From Lama glama (Eukaryota), in NCBI GenBank assembly GCA_028534125.1, contig CM052818.1, positions 14,572,001 through 14,636,000 on the forward strand: 64,000 nucleotides of DNA, written 5' to 3'. Both the position numbers and the translations under genes were made by a program. The notes below the pieces were generated by a model that was given only the letters and a program-made list of their open reading frames with translations, did no database searches and was not told the DNA's origin. Below, in pieces: positions 26,260-38,430 of this stretch (position 1 is the stretch's first letter; each line of letters begins with the position of its first letter).

Positions 26260-26759
26260 NNNNNNNNNNNNNNNNNNNNNNNNNNNNNNNNNNNNNNNNN
26301 NNNNNNNNNNNNNNNNNNNNNNNNNNNNNNNNNNNNNNNNNNNNNNNNNNNNNNNNNNNNNNNNNNNNNNNNNNNNNNNNNNNNNNNNNNNNNNNNNNNN
26401 NNNNNNNNNNNNNNNNNNNNNNNNNNNNNNNNNNNNNNNNNNNNNNNNNNNNNNNNNNNNNNNNNNNNNNNNNNNNNNNNNNNNNNNNNNNNNNNNNNNN
26501 NNNNNNNNNNNNNNNNNNNNNNNNNNNNNNNNNNNNNNNNNNNNNNNNNNNNNNNNNNNNNNNNNNNNNNNNNNNNNNNNNNNNNNNNNNNNNNNNNNNN
26601 NNNNNNNNNNNNNNNNNNNNNNNNNNNNNNNNNNNNNNNNNNNNNNNNNNNNNNNNNNNNNNNNNNNNNNNNNNNNNNNNNNNNNNNNNNNNNNNNNNNN
26701 NNNNNNNNNNNNNNNNNNNNNNNNNNNNNNNNNNNNNNNNNNNNNNNNNNNNNNNNNNN
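26260..26759. other. Assembly gap (500 N)
   Basis: Run of N. Confidence 0.99.
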
Positions 26760-27307
26760 TGGGGTGCAGGTGTCTTTTTGAAGTAGAGTTCCTTCTGGAT
26801 ATATGCCCAGGAGCAGGATGACTGGGTTATATGGTAAGTCTATTCCTAGTCTTTTGAGGAATCTGCATACTGTTTTCCACAGTGGCTGCACCAAAGTGCA
26901 TTCCCACCAGCAGTGTAGGAGGATTCCCTTTTCTCCACAGCCTCTCCAGCATTTGTCATTTGTGAACTTTTGAATGATGGCCATTCTGGCTGGTGTGAGG
27001 TGATACCTCATTGTAGTTTTGATTTGCATTTCTCTGATGATTAGTGATATTGAACATTTTTTCATATGCCTGTTGATCATTTGTATTTCTTTCTTGGAAA
27101 ATTGCTTGTTTAGGTCTTCTGCCCATTTTTGGATTGGGTTGTTTGTTTTTTCTTATTAAGTCTTATGAGCTGTTTACGTATTCTGGAAATTAAGCCCTTG
27201 TCAGTCTCATCTCTTGCAAATATTTTCTCCCATTCCGTAGGTTGTCTTTTTGTTTTGCTTAGGGTTTCCTTTGCTGTGCAAAAGCTTATAAGTTTAATTA
27301 GGTCCAA
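26760..27307 (-). mobile_element. Relatively young LINE-1 ORF2 C-terminal fragment running into the assembly gap
   Basis: [14 protein letters not shown]...; [29 protein letters not shown]...[19 protein letters not shown] (ORF2 Cys-rich domain), with one apparent frameshift. Confidence 0.93.
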
Positions 27308-27633
27308 ATTAAGTTTTAAAGGCCAGGTGAGGGAGGGGCATCCCAGGTTGTGTGATTAGCTTGTGCCCAGTTCTCTGGTTGATGGTAAGGTAACAGGTTA
27401 GTGTCACAGGGGTGAACATTATGAGTCCTTAGGTGCCAGTAGGTCTGGGTGCTCCAAGCTCATGGTCATTAAGTAGTTAATTTCCTCCATTTGGGGGTCT
27501 TAGCACCTGTAAAACAAGTCAGGAAATGCGCACCAGATACCGGTTATCTCCGTGCTTCAGAGAGGAGCTACGGCAGAGGGTGTGGGGGAGGGGTCTGTCC
27601 TGGGAAGGCCCCACTGGGTCCTGCCTCGTTACA
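27308..27633 (-). mobile_element. Partial ERV-type LTR abutting the L1 5' truncation point
   Basis: The minus strand begins TGTAACGAGGCAGGACCCAGTGGGGCCTTCCCAGGACAGACCCCTCCCCC, an LTR-like start; family not assigned. Confidence 0.6.
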
Positions 27634-28479
27634 GAAAGGATGATTTGACAGGACATGGTTGAAAGCAATGATAAAAAAATACATATCTAAAGCTATTTTC
27701 TTATATTTCCTTCTTCAATTTAAGGCTCTTCCAATAAACCAGCCACCTAAAATGTTTAACAGCATAGCTTCTGTAAATTTTAAGTGTAGAGATAAAACAA
27801 AACCATGGAGAGAAAAAGGGAAGGCCAAAAAGTTCAACTTTTTCTAGTCTTCTGCTCTGAGGATGTTTCACCTGTCCATGAAAAGGACACTTTGGCAGCC
27901 TGGGGTCTCAGAGCACTGTGCAGGGAGTCATGAGCCCGGGGCCTTGGCTCCAGCAGTGGCAAACCTGTAGGCTCTGAGAAGTCCCCTGCCTCTCTAGTTT
28001 CAGTTTTCTTGCCCATCAGAGGCTCTGTAGCACTGGTTCCCCAGCTGCTTCCAGTATCCCCTGGACTGGCTCATGGATGACTCATAACCTGATCTCTTGT
28101 AGGGACCAGAGTATTTGAAACACAGCAACTGTAGGTTAAATACAGCTCAAATAATTTTCCTATGTGAAGCACCAGTTGAGTAAGTAAAGAAAATCCTTCA
28201 CTCCAGGGTTTGTATGTTATTCTGGAAGTCAGGTTAAATCTCTCCGACACTGCAAAGTGGAGTTATTGCAGTATGCATCTAGTGTGGTGGCTGTGGGATG
28301 GGCTACCTGGGACCCCTGAAATCTCCACCCTCATCAGCAAGTGGGTCCTGGTAGCCAGCAGCAGGCTTCCCCACCACGGCTGTTTTGCCATCTCAGTATT
28401 AAAGGAGAACAGAGGAAATACACCAAAGCCTCTATTGAAGGAGATGCTCTTGGCTTCTTTTTTCCCCCTGAAAAATTTT

Positions 28480-29610
28480 TTTAAAAGTTTATTGTTAAAT
28501 ATTTCAAGTGTGCAGTAAGATACAGATGAAACTATAATAGCACACGTTTACCTATACCTGGGTTTTTACTTTTCTAAAGCTCTTTTTAATTTTTATTTAT
28601 TTTCCTTAATGGAGGTGCTGGGGATTGAACCCAGGACTCTGTGCACGTGAAGTATGTGCTCTGCTGCTGAGCTATACCCCCCACTCCTGACCCAGGTTTT
28701 AAAGTAAACATTTGGCCACATTTACTTCAGATTAATAAACAACAATTTAAAAAAGATAGGAAGGAGGGAGGAAGGAGAACCTTTTAGTTACAGTTGAAAT
28801 GCCTTCCAAGTCTCAACTGAGGAGATATTACCGCTCCCCAAAGATAATAACTTTCTTATTGTTCATGTGCTTTTTTCCTGCTCGTGTTTTTATACTTTTT
28901 CTACCTATTTGTGCATGAGTATATATATTACTGTTTCTATGTTTTACACAAAGGGCATCATACTGAAGACGACTTTTTGTAACTCGCACTTTTCACTCAA
29001 CATTATGTTTTACATTAATCTGTGTTGAAATATGTAGATGCTACTTATTCATTTTAACTGAGTATACTATTTGTACGATGATGAAACTACAATTATCTGT
29101 CCACTGTTGGAGGGTGTTAACCCTTCCAGCCTATTCACATGACAGCGGACACCCTTGTGTGTATCTTCTTCTGTGTCTGTCTGAGCAGCAAATACCTGAA
29201 GGGAAATCGATTCCTTGAAGGTTATGAGTATCTTCTACATTGTTATTTAGCAGATATGGCAAAACTGCTTTTCTAAATTGTTGTACAAATTTACACCCCC
29301 AACAAGTCATACAGCAGAGTTCTTGTTCCTCAATATCCCTACTAATGTTTGGTATTGCCACACTTTTGGATTTCGGTCGTTCTGGTAAGTGTGAGGTGGC
29401 ATCTATCTCATTTTGGTTATCATTGGCGTTTCCCCGATTACTAAAGAGGTTAACGATGTTTCTTGGTCTTTCAAAGCTTCTCTTTTATTAACTGACTGTG
29501 TCCTTTGCACACTTTTCCATTGGGTTGTTGCCTTTTTCTTATTGATTTGTATTTCCTTCTATTTCGAGATACTAATCCTTTCTTGGTTGAAAACATGAGT
29601 TGCAAATATG
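28480..29610 (-). mobile_element. Ancient L1 (L1ME-like) 3' fragment hosting a SINE
   Basis: Degenerate antisense L1 motifs (gcaaaactgcttttctaaattgttgtacaaatttacac). Confidence 0.6.
28580..28682 (-). mobile_element. tRNA-derived camelid-type SINE
   Basis: ggaggtgctggggattgaacccagg...ctgagctatacccc. Confidence 0.82.
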
Positions 29611-29903
29611 TCGTGTTTATTCTGCTTCTTGCTGGTGGATGTGACTGTCCCTCTTGTTGGGGTGGTAACAACTGACATGGGGATGGAGAGCAAGAGTTAG
29701 CTCTTCACTTGGCTTTGGGTTTTGGCTCTTCAGCTGCTCACCGGAGCAGTCTCCGTGAGCTCCTGCCTAGCTCACTCCAGTGCTGCAGTCAGATTTGGGG
29801 TCCAAGCTCCTGACACAGGGTTACTTGTTTTGTTTTCTTCTCTGCGCCCCTCATAGGAAGGGGGATGTCGTTTAGAAGGGCTTAGGATCCCAGAGATCGT
29901 ACA

Positions 29904-30070
29904 CCTGTGTTTCTCATGACTACCTACACATCCAAGTCACCCGGGGAAGTTCTAAAAAATAATATAGATAACCTAGCCTTACCACAGAGCAGTTAAATCA
30001 CAATTTCTGAGGATGGATTCCGGGCATCTCCAGGTGATTGTAATGTGCCGCCAGGGAGCCAAACCACTGC
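29904..30070. mobile_element. MER5-like hAT-Charlie relic
   Basis: ccaggtgattgtaatgtgc...aaccactg terminus. Confidence 0.65.
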
Positions 30071-31066
30071 CTTAGACAAACACATTCTTCACTGGGTCCC
30101 ATCAGTATTTCCAACACTGTGAAGTTTAAGTCAAGACACCTGCCCTCATTAAGAAATATTAATTAGCTACAGGGAGAGGTTGAGTTCCCTATGCAGATAT
30201 GAAATAACTATTAGCACGTGTATTTTTAAAAGGCCTGAGAGACTGATGATTATGTGATCCAACAAAGCTTCCAAATCACACGCAGCGTCAAGGTCAGTGA
30301 GCTGGGGAGTTCTGTATTCCTGCTTCCACCCCTGGCATTATTTGATCTTGTTTTGATCTCCCTGAAAGACAAAGCTGCTCAGTCTGTAACATTTTGCAGC
30401 TGGAAGGGTGGTCCCTGAAGCCTGAAGCCTTCGTTTTATTCTGAGGGTTGCAATGGTGACCCCAAGGGATTTACAATATTTTTCTGTCCTCATTACTCCC
30501 GTCTCTGTTTTCCAGTTAATCCCACAACTCAAAATCCTCTCTACTATGTTGTGCTGCATTTTAGTTCCACGGAGGATCCTTTGGCTCTGGCCCCCTGAGG
30601 TCCCATTCTCCAGGGTTACCTATGAGCTTCCCTCGGCTTCCAAGCCTTCTTGAAGGTCAGGCCAGATGCCTCCTGCACTCATCACTGGGGAGAATGGTGG
30701 TTCTTGGAAGATGCCGGGTCTCAGTGGACAAACGGTTTCCAGATTTGCCTTTTAAGGCCCTCGATTCCTCTCTCCAGGGAGAGGGATGACATTTCCTTTT
30801 TGCATTGGCAGACTGTTCAAATGCAGTCCCAGGGGTCGTTAGGGTATATGAGCAGGAGGTAACTGGACGATATTCAAAAGGACACATGACTAAACTCTTG
30901 AAAAGAAATGCCTGCTGGAGGGAAATACCGGGCGCTCCCTCCAGACCATTAGGAACTCCCGGATCAATTATGCAAGTCTTGAAATGCCACATTGTTCCCT
31001 CCACCCACCTCTCAGGTCTACTGACATGGTCCATTCTTCAGTATTCCTACCTCAGCAGCACAAATT

Positions 31067-31101
31067 TACACTTGATCTTAGCCAAAAGGCCAAGATACGA
31101 T
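31067..31101 (-). pseudogene. RNU2: 3'-truncated (tailless) U2 snRNA retropseudogene, U2 nt 1-35
   Basis: Reverse complement ATCGTATCTTGGCCTTTTGGCTAAGATCAAGTGTA versus U2 5' end ATCGCTTCTCGGCCTTTTGGCTAAGATCAAGTGTA (32/35). Flanked by direct repeats tcagcagcacaaattta (31052-31068) and tcaacagcacgaattta (31102-31118). Confidence 0.92.
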
Positions 31102-33699
31102 TCAACAGCACGAATTTAAAAATTCAACTGAACTATGCTTTTTAGCCTCTTTCCGCGCTGGGAATGCACATCTTTTCCTTGATCGTGTTTTCCACTTCAT
31201 CTCTCATCAGTTTTTTTTCTTCACTTGAAAGAATGTGATTCTTTATCTCACGCTAATTATTTGCCTTGAGACTTGGGTTTCCTTTAAAAATCCTTTTTTC
31301 TTATCCCCTTCAGAAGGCTTCTCCCACGCAGTAACACTGGTATTACCTCAGAAGGAGGGATCTGGACGAGGATGACGAGATTATTCACTTGTTCTTCATA
31401 AAACTTTTTTATCTTTACTTTCTTAAGATGGACACATGTTACTTCAGCAATGAAACATATTAAAAAAAAAAAGTCCCCAAAAAACTGAAAAAGTACGTCC
31501 TTCATTGGAATTTATGCAACCCCATAATATGTACAGTTAATATAAAATATAAACACATATATAAATATATACATGTATAAATACCTACATATAAATACAT
31601 TGATGTTTATAAAGCACTTAGGACACTGCCCAGCATGTAGCAAATAAACGAAAACAAATATGTGTGCCACCGTGTAACAAAACAAAGGGTTTGCATTAAA
31701 TCTGTGACAGGAAATTCTGTGTTAAGGGTGAGAATACAGTGCTTAGCCCAGCGTGGAGCCAACTGCACTGCCGATGGATAACTTCTGATGTTTTCTTTGT
31801 TCTCATTTGAGAAACTGGAATGAGTTAAAGTCAAGGAACATGCTGAGGTTTAACGCGTTCCATAGTTCCAAAGTGACACAAGACATGATTTAAAGCCAGC
31901 CAGCCAGCCCAGATTTTCAGTTCTTAGTGAAAGTTGTCTGTCTTTGATTGATTACACAGGACCAGGGGTTCTGAACACCCACTGTGACTGACCCAGGGCT
32001 GAATGGAGCCGGGCAGATGGTTTGCTGCAGTCCCCATAATTTTTCTGGTTCCAGTCAAAGCCTTTGGATTTGAGTAGCTATGAGGTTGATCTGGGATTCC
32101 TTGGCTGATCCTGGACCCAGCATCTGCTGCAATGGCCCCAAATCATCTGGGCCAGACCAGGGCTTCCTGAACCTTGAGAGGGATGGTACGCAGACCAGGG
32201 CTTTTGGTCACCTGCAGAACTGGAGTTGGGCTCCGAGCTCAGTTCTGTTGAGGGTGGGAGGCAGGGTCAACCAGGAGCAGCCACAGCCAAGATGGTCTGA
32301 AACAGACAAAATCCTACTCAGACTTCTGCCTAGCAGGGAGGTCCGGCTGGACCTGCAGTGACCTCAGCGAAGTGGGTTTAACCAGCTCTAGGTCAGCTAT
32401 TGTCTTGGCCCAGTTGAGTTGGTGTCAGTGCTGCTCTTCTTAAAGTTTTCTTAGAAGGCAGCCAAAAATGGGAGACAGTTACATTTGCACTATATTTTTT
32501 TTGCAAATATAGTCTTCTGATCTTTAATACTTTTTAGTTGCACTTCTTTTTTATTAGAAATTCTGAATCATAAATAAACATAAAAAAGATCTATTAAGTG
32601 GTTACTTTGGTGATTGGAAACAGCCTCTTGGTAAATTAAAAAAAAAGTGTAACTTGCTTTCATGAGAAAGGGGAATTCTACAGGGACTTGTGAAAAAGTA
32701 CAGGGTCTCCTTTTGTATTCTTAGGCACTAATTCAAAGAATTCAATTGTTCATGGATCAATAGTGCTACAACTATTATAACTTCTGAGCGAATTCATTCT
32801 ACTGGGGTTTCTTTAAGCTTAAGGGAGAATATTTTTATGAGGCTGACTTTGATGGAGGAAAATTCAGTGTGGATTCATGATTGCTTAGGGAGGGATAGTT
32901 CGGGAACTTTCCCGATGACTCCATCCAGAGTGAGGAGCCAAGTCCAGCCCCTGGGACCACAAGGTCATGTCCTTCCGGCTATTCTGACTGCAGAGGGAAG
33001 TCCAAGAACACCTCCTGTCCCGAGACAACTGGTTAGGGTGGGGACCAGTCAGGATACAAAGCCAAAATACCAGAAGCTCCTGCCCTGTCCACGTCCCAGG
33101 CTTACATTCTTCCTTGGCTTTTTTAGCCTCGTTTAGCTCCCTGAATTGGTGCTCTTTGAGGATCTGGCTTTCCTAAAGGGATAGGAGTTTATCTATAATG
33201 GCTTCAGGACAAAATCAGCCGTGCTGGAAATTAAGTGTATGCACATTTCATATAGAAGATAACTAAGCATTTCAGTTTCATTCCCAATTCATTTCAGTTC
33301 TCCAAAGACATACCCTGGACAAAATATAATGATATTTCGACATGGCCTGGGTACTTCTATTTTTTTTATTAAGAACAAATGTTCCCATAGTTGGAGAGTA
33401 ATTTCTCTTATAAGCTGTGTCTACCTGGTAGCATAAGAGGCTTAACAAATATTTGTTAAATAAATGATAAATAAATGAATGAAGAATAAAAGTTAGGTTT
33501 AATTCTATTTGGAACATTTATCGAGTGCCTTGAACAGACAGAAATAGCTGCCCCTAAATCTGGCCAATCTCAACCTCAGACGTGCTGTGTCATCCAAAAG
33601 AGAGATCACCATCCTCCCCGCCCCCAGTCTAATCAGCTGTTCTGTGAGCACAGCTTCAGGGTGAATTTCTACACATTATGTAATGGAGTCATCATATTT

Positions 33700-33906
33700 G
33701 TATCACAACGTGAGTACTATTGGCATCGTGAACCAGATAATTATTTGTTGTGGGGACTGTCCTGTGCACTGTGGGATGTTAGCAGCCTCCCTGGCCTCTA
33801 CCTACTAGCTGCTGGTAGGACCCACCCCCCTAGTTATGACAACCAAAAATGTTTCTAGATTGCCAAATGTCCTCTGGAGGAAAATCACCCTGAGTTAGAA
33901 ACCATG
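33700..33906 (+). mobile_element. MER20 (hAT-Charlie)
   Basis: ttgttgtggggactgtcctgtgcactgt...ctggcctctacctactag...gacaaccaaaaatgt...attgccaaatgtcc. Confidence 0.85.
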
Positions 33907-33924
33907 AATCTATATAAAAGAACA

Positions 33925-34068
33925 GAGGGAGGGTATAGCTCAGTGATGGAGTGCATGCTTAGGATGCACAAGGTCCTGGGTTCAATCCCCAGTACCTCCG
34001 TGAAAAAAATAAATAAGCCTAATGACCACCCCCCAAATAAATACATGAATATACATATATTTTAAAAA
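33925..34068 (+). mobile_element. tRNA-derived camelid-type SINE
   Basis: gggagggtatagctcagtg...gggttcaatccccagtacctcc plus an A-rich tail. Confidence 0.88.
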
Positions 34069-35504
34069 GAAGACTATGTGGTCCTTAAGCAATACTAAAA
34101 TGACAGCAAAACCCAATAACCCACTTTTTTTGTTGTTGTTCAGTAAAGGTATTCTGTAACATTCTGCTGCAAGAAACACACACTCAATGGACTTTTCTCT
34201 GAGAAGCAAGTCTTCTATTTACAGAACAATAAGTGTTGTTTTAGGGCAGAGATTTGTAGTTATAAAACTGACCAAAAAAATCATATTTGATTTCCTTTGA
34301 AACAAAGAATAGAAAAATGAAGACCCAAATGGTCACAATCCTAACCTTGATGAACTCTAACGTTAATAAAATAAAATTAATAAGCACAAATGGTAAAAAA
34401 AAAATGAATACAAGAAGGTAAAAATAAACAACAAATATCTCCGTCCTTCTGTTCCAATCTCCCTTTCTCTCCCCAGAGCTCACTGCTTGCAACATTTTTC
34501 ATTTCAGAAAACAAAACAAAACAAAACAACCTACAGTAAGGAAAGGTTAAGCTTTGCTTTGGGAGAGCTGGAATCAACATAGGTGTGAACTTGAACTTGA
34601 GTGGAAACAGGGTGGTGACTTGACGCTAATGCCAGTTCCAAACAAACCAGAAAGGAAGGCGTGGGCTGTGCTTTCATGAGAAGAGTTTGAGACTGTTCAC
34701 AACTCACCTACCCTCCCTGTGTCCTGAGGAAGGGATAGGCTTCTTTTTCTCATGATGCACTGGCTGCATACTTTGGAAATTTAGCTGTTTTTAGTTTAAA
34801 TCTGATAGCGTTCCCTCTCCTGGAGCAGGCTGACGGAGACCGGTTTTGACTGAGGGCTGTCCCATCTTTGTGAAGGCTGACCTGTTGTGGTGGTGCCAGG
34901 GACTCATTTACTGCCTTTTCTCCTCGGGACACAGGGCACCCACTCTTCCCCTGCACTGTCGCCTTGTTCTGGAGAGAACAATTCGGCCTTTGTCCTGCAG
35001 CTGAGGTTCCTGAATGGACGCAGGTTTCTGGTGAGCCGGCGCCATCGTTCCACTGGTGACAGTCCTCTCCTGAAGGGGTGCCTGTGGACTCAGCAGCCTC
35101 CCTTAATGAGCCGGCTCTTCAGAAAAGTCCTGGCTTTACTTGCTGTCCTGAAGCACTTGCGGCTCTTTATCGGAAAATGTAGACGTTATGAAGAATCTCT
35201 CAGCATTCTCTAAGCACGCTTTTCATCCCGTGAATGAGTCTCTTTATGCGTCCCAGCCACTGGCAGCCTGAAGTTCAGAGGCACACAAGTAAAAAGAGGC
35301 ATTTGTATGAGGGAAAAAATATTTCGGGACAACAGAGTTTTTTGATTATTTGAGAACTTTCATGGCATTTCCCTTCAACATGTTACCATTTGTTTATTGA
35401 CTTATTCATGCAGTCGCAGACATTAATTAAACCACAACTGTATGCAAGAGACTTTGTCGGGTTCGGGCTCCGTGCGGGATACAGGGTCACTGGGAGGGGG
35501 TGGA

Positions 35505-35720
35505 TTAGAGTGGCTAGAGCTCCAGTTTGGGAAGCAGAACACTTGTCAGCTTCGCCTCTTCTGGGTTATGTGATCTTGAGCAAATCCCTTAACCTCTTTA
35601 GGTCTGAGATTCCACATCCGAAAAATCAGAATAATATCAGAATCTACTTTGCAGGGTTATTGTGAGAATTAATTGAGATAGGCTGGCAGAGCACCTTCTA
35701 ATCGCTCATTTGATACTCAT
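35505..35720 (+). mobile_element. MIR
   Basis: tgtgatcttgagcaaatcccttaacctct...gggttattgtgagaattaa. Confidence 0.7.
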
Positions 35721-36054
35721 TTAAAAGAGAAAGCAACTCGTGGACTAAAATGGAAAAAAGACGTTTATGCAAATAATTATATCGTATGTGGTAAAGAACA
35801 ATAAATGCTAGGAGAAGTAGAAAGGAGGGTGTATTAACAGAATTAGCAATACTAGCTACTGTAGCACACAAGCCCAAGCCTGTGGTTTAACACGGTAGGG
35901 GTGGCTTTCTAGCATACCTCTTCTTTAAGTGACTCAGGGATCCTTCCATCTTGTGGCCTTCTAGAGCTTCAGAATTACTCACTTCAAGGTACATGTGTAG
36001 GAAAAACGAGAGTGTGCATATGAAATACTTCTTGGGGTGTTTTGTAGCTGGGCT

Positions 36055-36592
36055 TGTAAGTTAGTTCCCTATTGTTGTGTGACAACTTGGCCCAAATTTA
36101 GCAGCTTAAAACAACTCATAATTTCTGTGGGTCAGGAATTCTAGAGCAGCTTAGCTGGGTGGTTCTAGCTTTGGGTCTCTCCCGAGTCTGAAGCCAGGAT
36201 TTGGCTGGGTTGCAGTCATTTGAAGGCTTGCTTGGATGTGGTTGGAGGAGCCTCTTCTAAGACAGTTCAGTCACGTGGTTATTGGCAGAAAGTCTCAGTT
36301 CTTGGTTGGCTGTTGGCAGGAGGTCTCAGTTCCTCGCCATGTGGACCTCTTCCCTGGGCTGTCTGTGTCCTTACAACATGGCAGCTGGCCTCCCAGAGAG
36401 CCAGTGATCTGAGAGAAGATAAACAAGGAGAAATCTCTACTGCCTGTTATGATCTAGTCTCAGAAGTCACAAGCTGCCGTTTTTGTTATATTTATTCATT
36501 AGAAGAGAATTGCTAAGTCCAACTCACACTCAAGGGGAGAGGAGTTAAACTCTAATTCCTGAAATGAGGAATACCAAAGAATTTGAGGACCA
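36055..36592 (-). mobile_element. MaLR LTR (MLT1F-like)
   Basis: tttctgtgggtcaggaatt...agcttagctgggtggttct...aacatggcagctggc...cacactcaagggga. Confidence 0.8.
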
Positions 36593-37368
36593 AATATATA
36601 TTGAGCACAGAGCTCCTGAAACCCTTATAATATCCTAAGTGATAAGAGCAGAGCAAAGTGAAAGGAGTCTCTTTTGTTATTGATAAGACCACCCTGAGTT
36701 TATTTTAATGAGATACTTCTTTGAAAGCCACTAAGGATTAGGGGCTCATTGCTAGGGGAAGCAAGTTTCAGCCTTACTCCTTGCAGCCTCCAGTGAGGGA
36801 AGAAGGGCTAGACGCATTAATCACCGACATGCCTATGTGATAAAGCCTTCATAAAAAACCCTAAAGTGTGGGGTTCTGAGACTGTCCTGGTTGGTGAACA
36901 TATCCACCTGCTAGGAGGGTAGGACACCCCAACTCCACAGGGGCAGAAACTCCTGCACTTGGGACCCTTCCAGACCTTGCACTATTTATTTCTTCAGCTG
37001 GCTATTCATCTATATCCTTTATAATGTAATACACTTCTCAATACAGGTATTTCCCTGAGGTCTATGAGCCATTCTAGCAAATTTTCAAATCTGAGGAGGG
37101 GGTCATGAGAACCACAATTTATAGGTAGTCAATCAGAAATGCAAGTGACAACCTAGGACATGCAATTGGTATCTGAAGTGAAGGGACAGTTTGTGGAATA
37201 GAGCCCTTAACTTGTGGGAGCTGAACACTGCTCCAAATGGATCATGTCAGATCTAGTCAAGCTGCAGGATGCCCAGCTGTGCTGTAGAATTGGTTGGTGT
37301 GGGGATAAAAACCCACATACCTGGTCACAGAAGTGAGTAAAGCAGAGGAAAACAAGTTTTCCTTTCAT
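36593..37368 (+). mobile_element. ERV LTR, MER21-like
   Basis: cacagagctcctgaaaccctt...ggttggtgaaca...gggacccttccagacctt...tctgaagtg...gagcccttaacttgtggg. Confidence 0.75.
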
Positions 37369-37389
37369 AGTTTTTAATTCCTTCTTTGC

Positions 37390-37660
37390 TCCTCACAAGC
37401 TGTGTACCTTTGGACAATTTACTTACCCTCTCTCGGTCTCAGTTTCTTTATCTGTACAATGGGAACAATAATATCCCTTTGAATGGGTGTTAGGATTTGA
37501 GAAAACATAAATAAAATATTTAGGGCAGTAAATGGTAGCTCCAGTGATCAATGGAACCTCTTTAAGGTGAAGAAAGAAACAGGCTTAGAGAGTTTTAACC
37601 ACTTACTCAAAATCATGTAGAGAGTTAGGAAATAGATTAGAACCTCACATTAGAACCTCA
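37390..37660. mobile_element. MIR fragments in both orientations
   Basis: ctcagtttctttatctgtacaatggg; gaaacaggcttagagag. Confidence 0.6.
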
Positions 37661-38130
37661 GATGAACAAAAGCATAGAGGTCAGATGTATCACCTGGGTC
37701 TGGACCAGAGGTGGCAGAGGAAGGTTTGGGCAGAGTGGGGCGGGGCAACACCAGCCTTGAAAGCAGCAGAGGAGCTTGAGCTCCTTAATTCTTGGGCAAG
37801 GAATGGTTTATGCAAACATATTCTGAGATTGGGTTGCAAACAGATGAATGATATAGTTAATATGATAGACCTTGAATCAGGAGTAGAAATACTGTCATTT
37901 AGCCACCAAGCTCCGTGGAGAAAGATCTGCTAAAAAGCACCCAGAGGCTTTTCATCATTCTCAACATGTAGTCAGGGAAACAAGGAGACTAAAAAAGATA
38001 TCACCAAAGAAACACTGTTTTGAAAATATCTATAAAGGAAAGAAGGGAACCAGCTATGCATTCTGTGCCCATGTTCCCATGGCAGCTCGTGTCTGTGTGG
38101 GTGACTACACTCATAGGCATGGGTGTAATC

Positions 38131-38150
38131 GTGTGTGTGTGTGTGTGTGT
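38131..38150. repeat. (GT)n microsatellite
   Basis: gtgtgtgtgtgtgtgtgtgt. Confidence 0.9.
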
Positions 38151-38430
38151 CAGAGCAGGTGTGGAGGACCCACACTCAATTCATATGGTGTTGCAGTTGG
38201 GAGAGAGAGTATAAGCACATGGTCCCCTATAGTACCCGCAGGTGGATGAGGAATTCCCAGCAACTTATTTTTTTTTTTCTGAAAACTCTCAAATTATACT
38301 CAAGCCCAGACTTCTTTTCTGAGCTCCAGACCTACATCTGACCTGCTTAGCAGACGTTTTTATTTGAATGTCACATTGACATCTGCAATGTCACATCCAA
38401 ATCTAAAATCATGATTAAGAATGTTTTCCT

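Noticed and set aside
26250..27080. 276-aa ORF
   Set aside because: An L1 ORF2 fragment artificially extended through the N gap.
33925..34000. tRNA gene-like A and B boxes (also at the seven other SINE copies)
   Set aside because: These are SINE heads with A-rich tails and dispersed, diverged copies, not intact tRNA genes.
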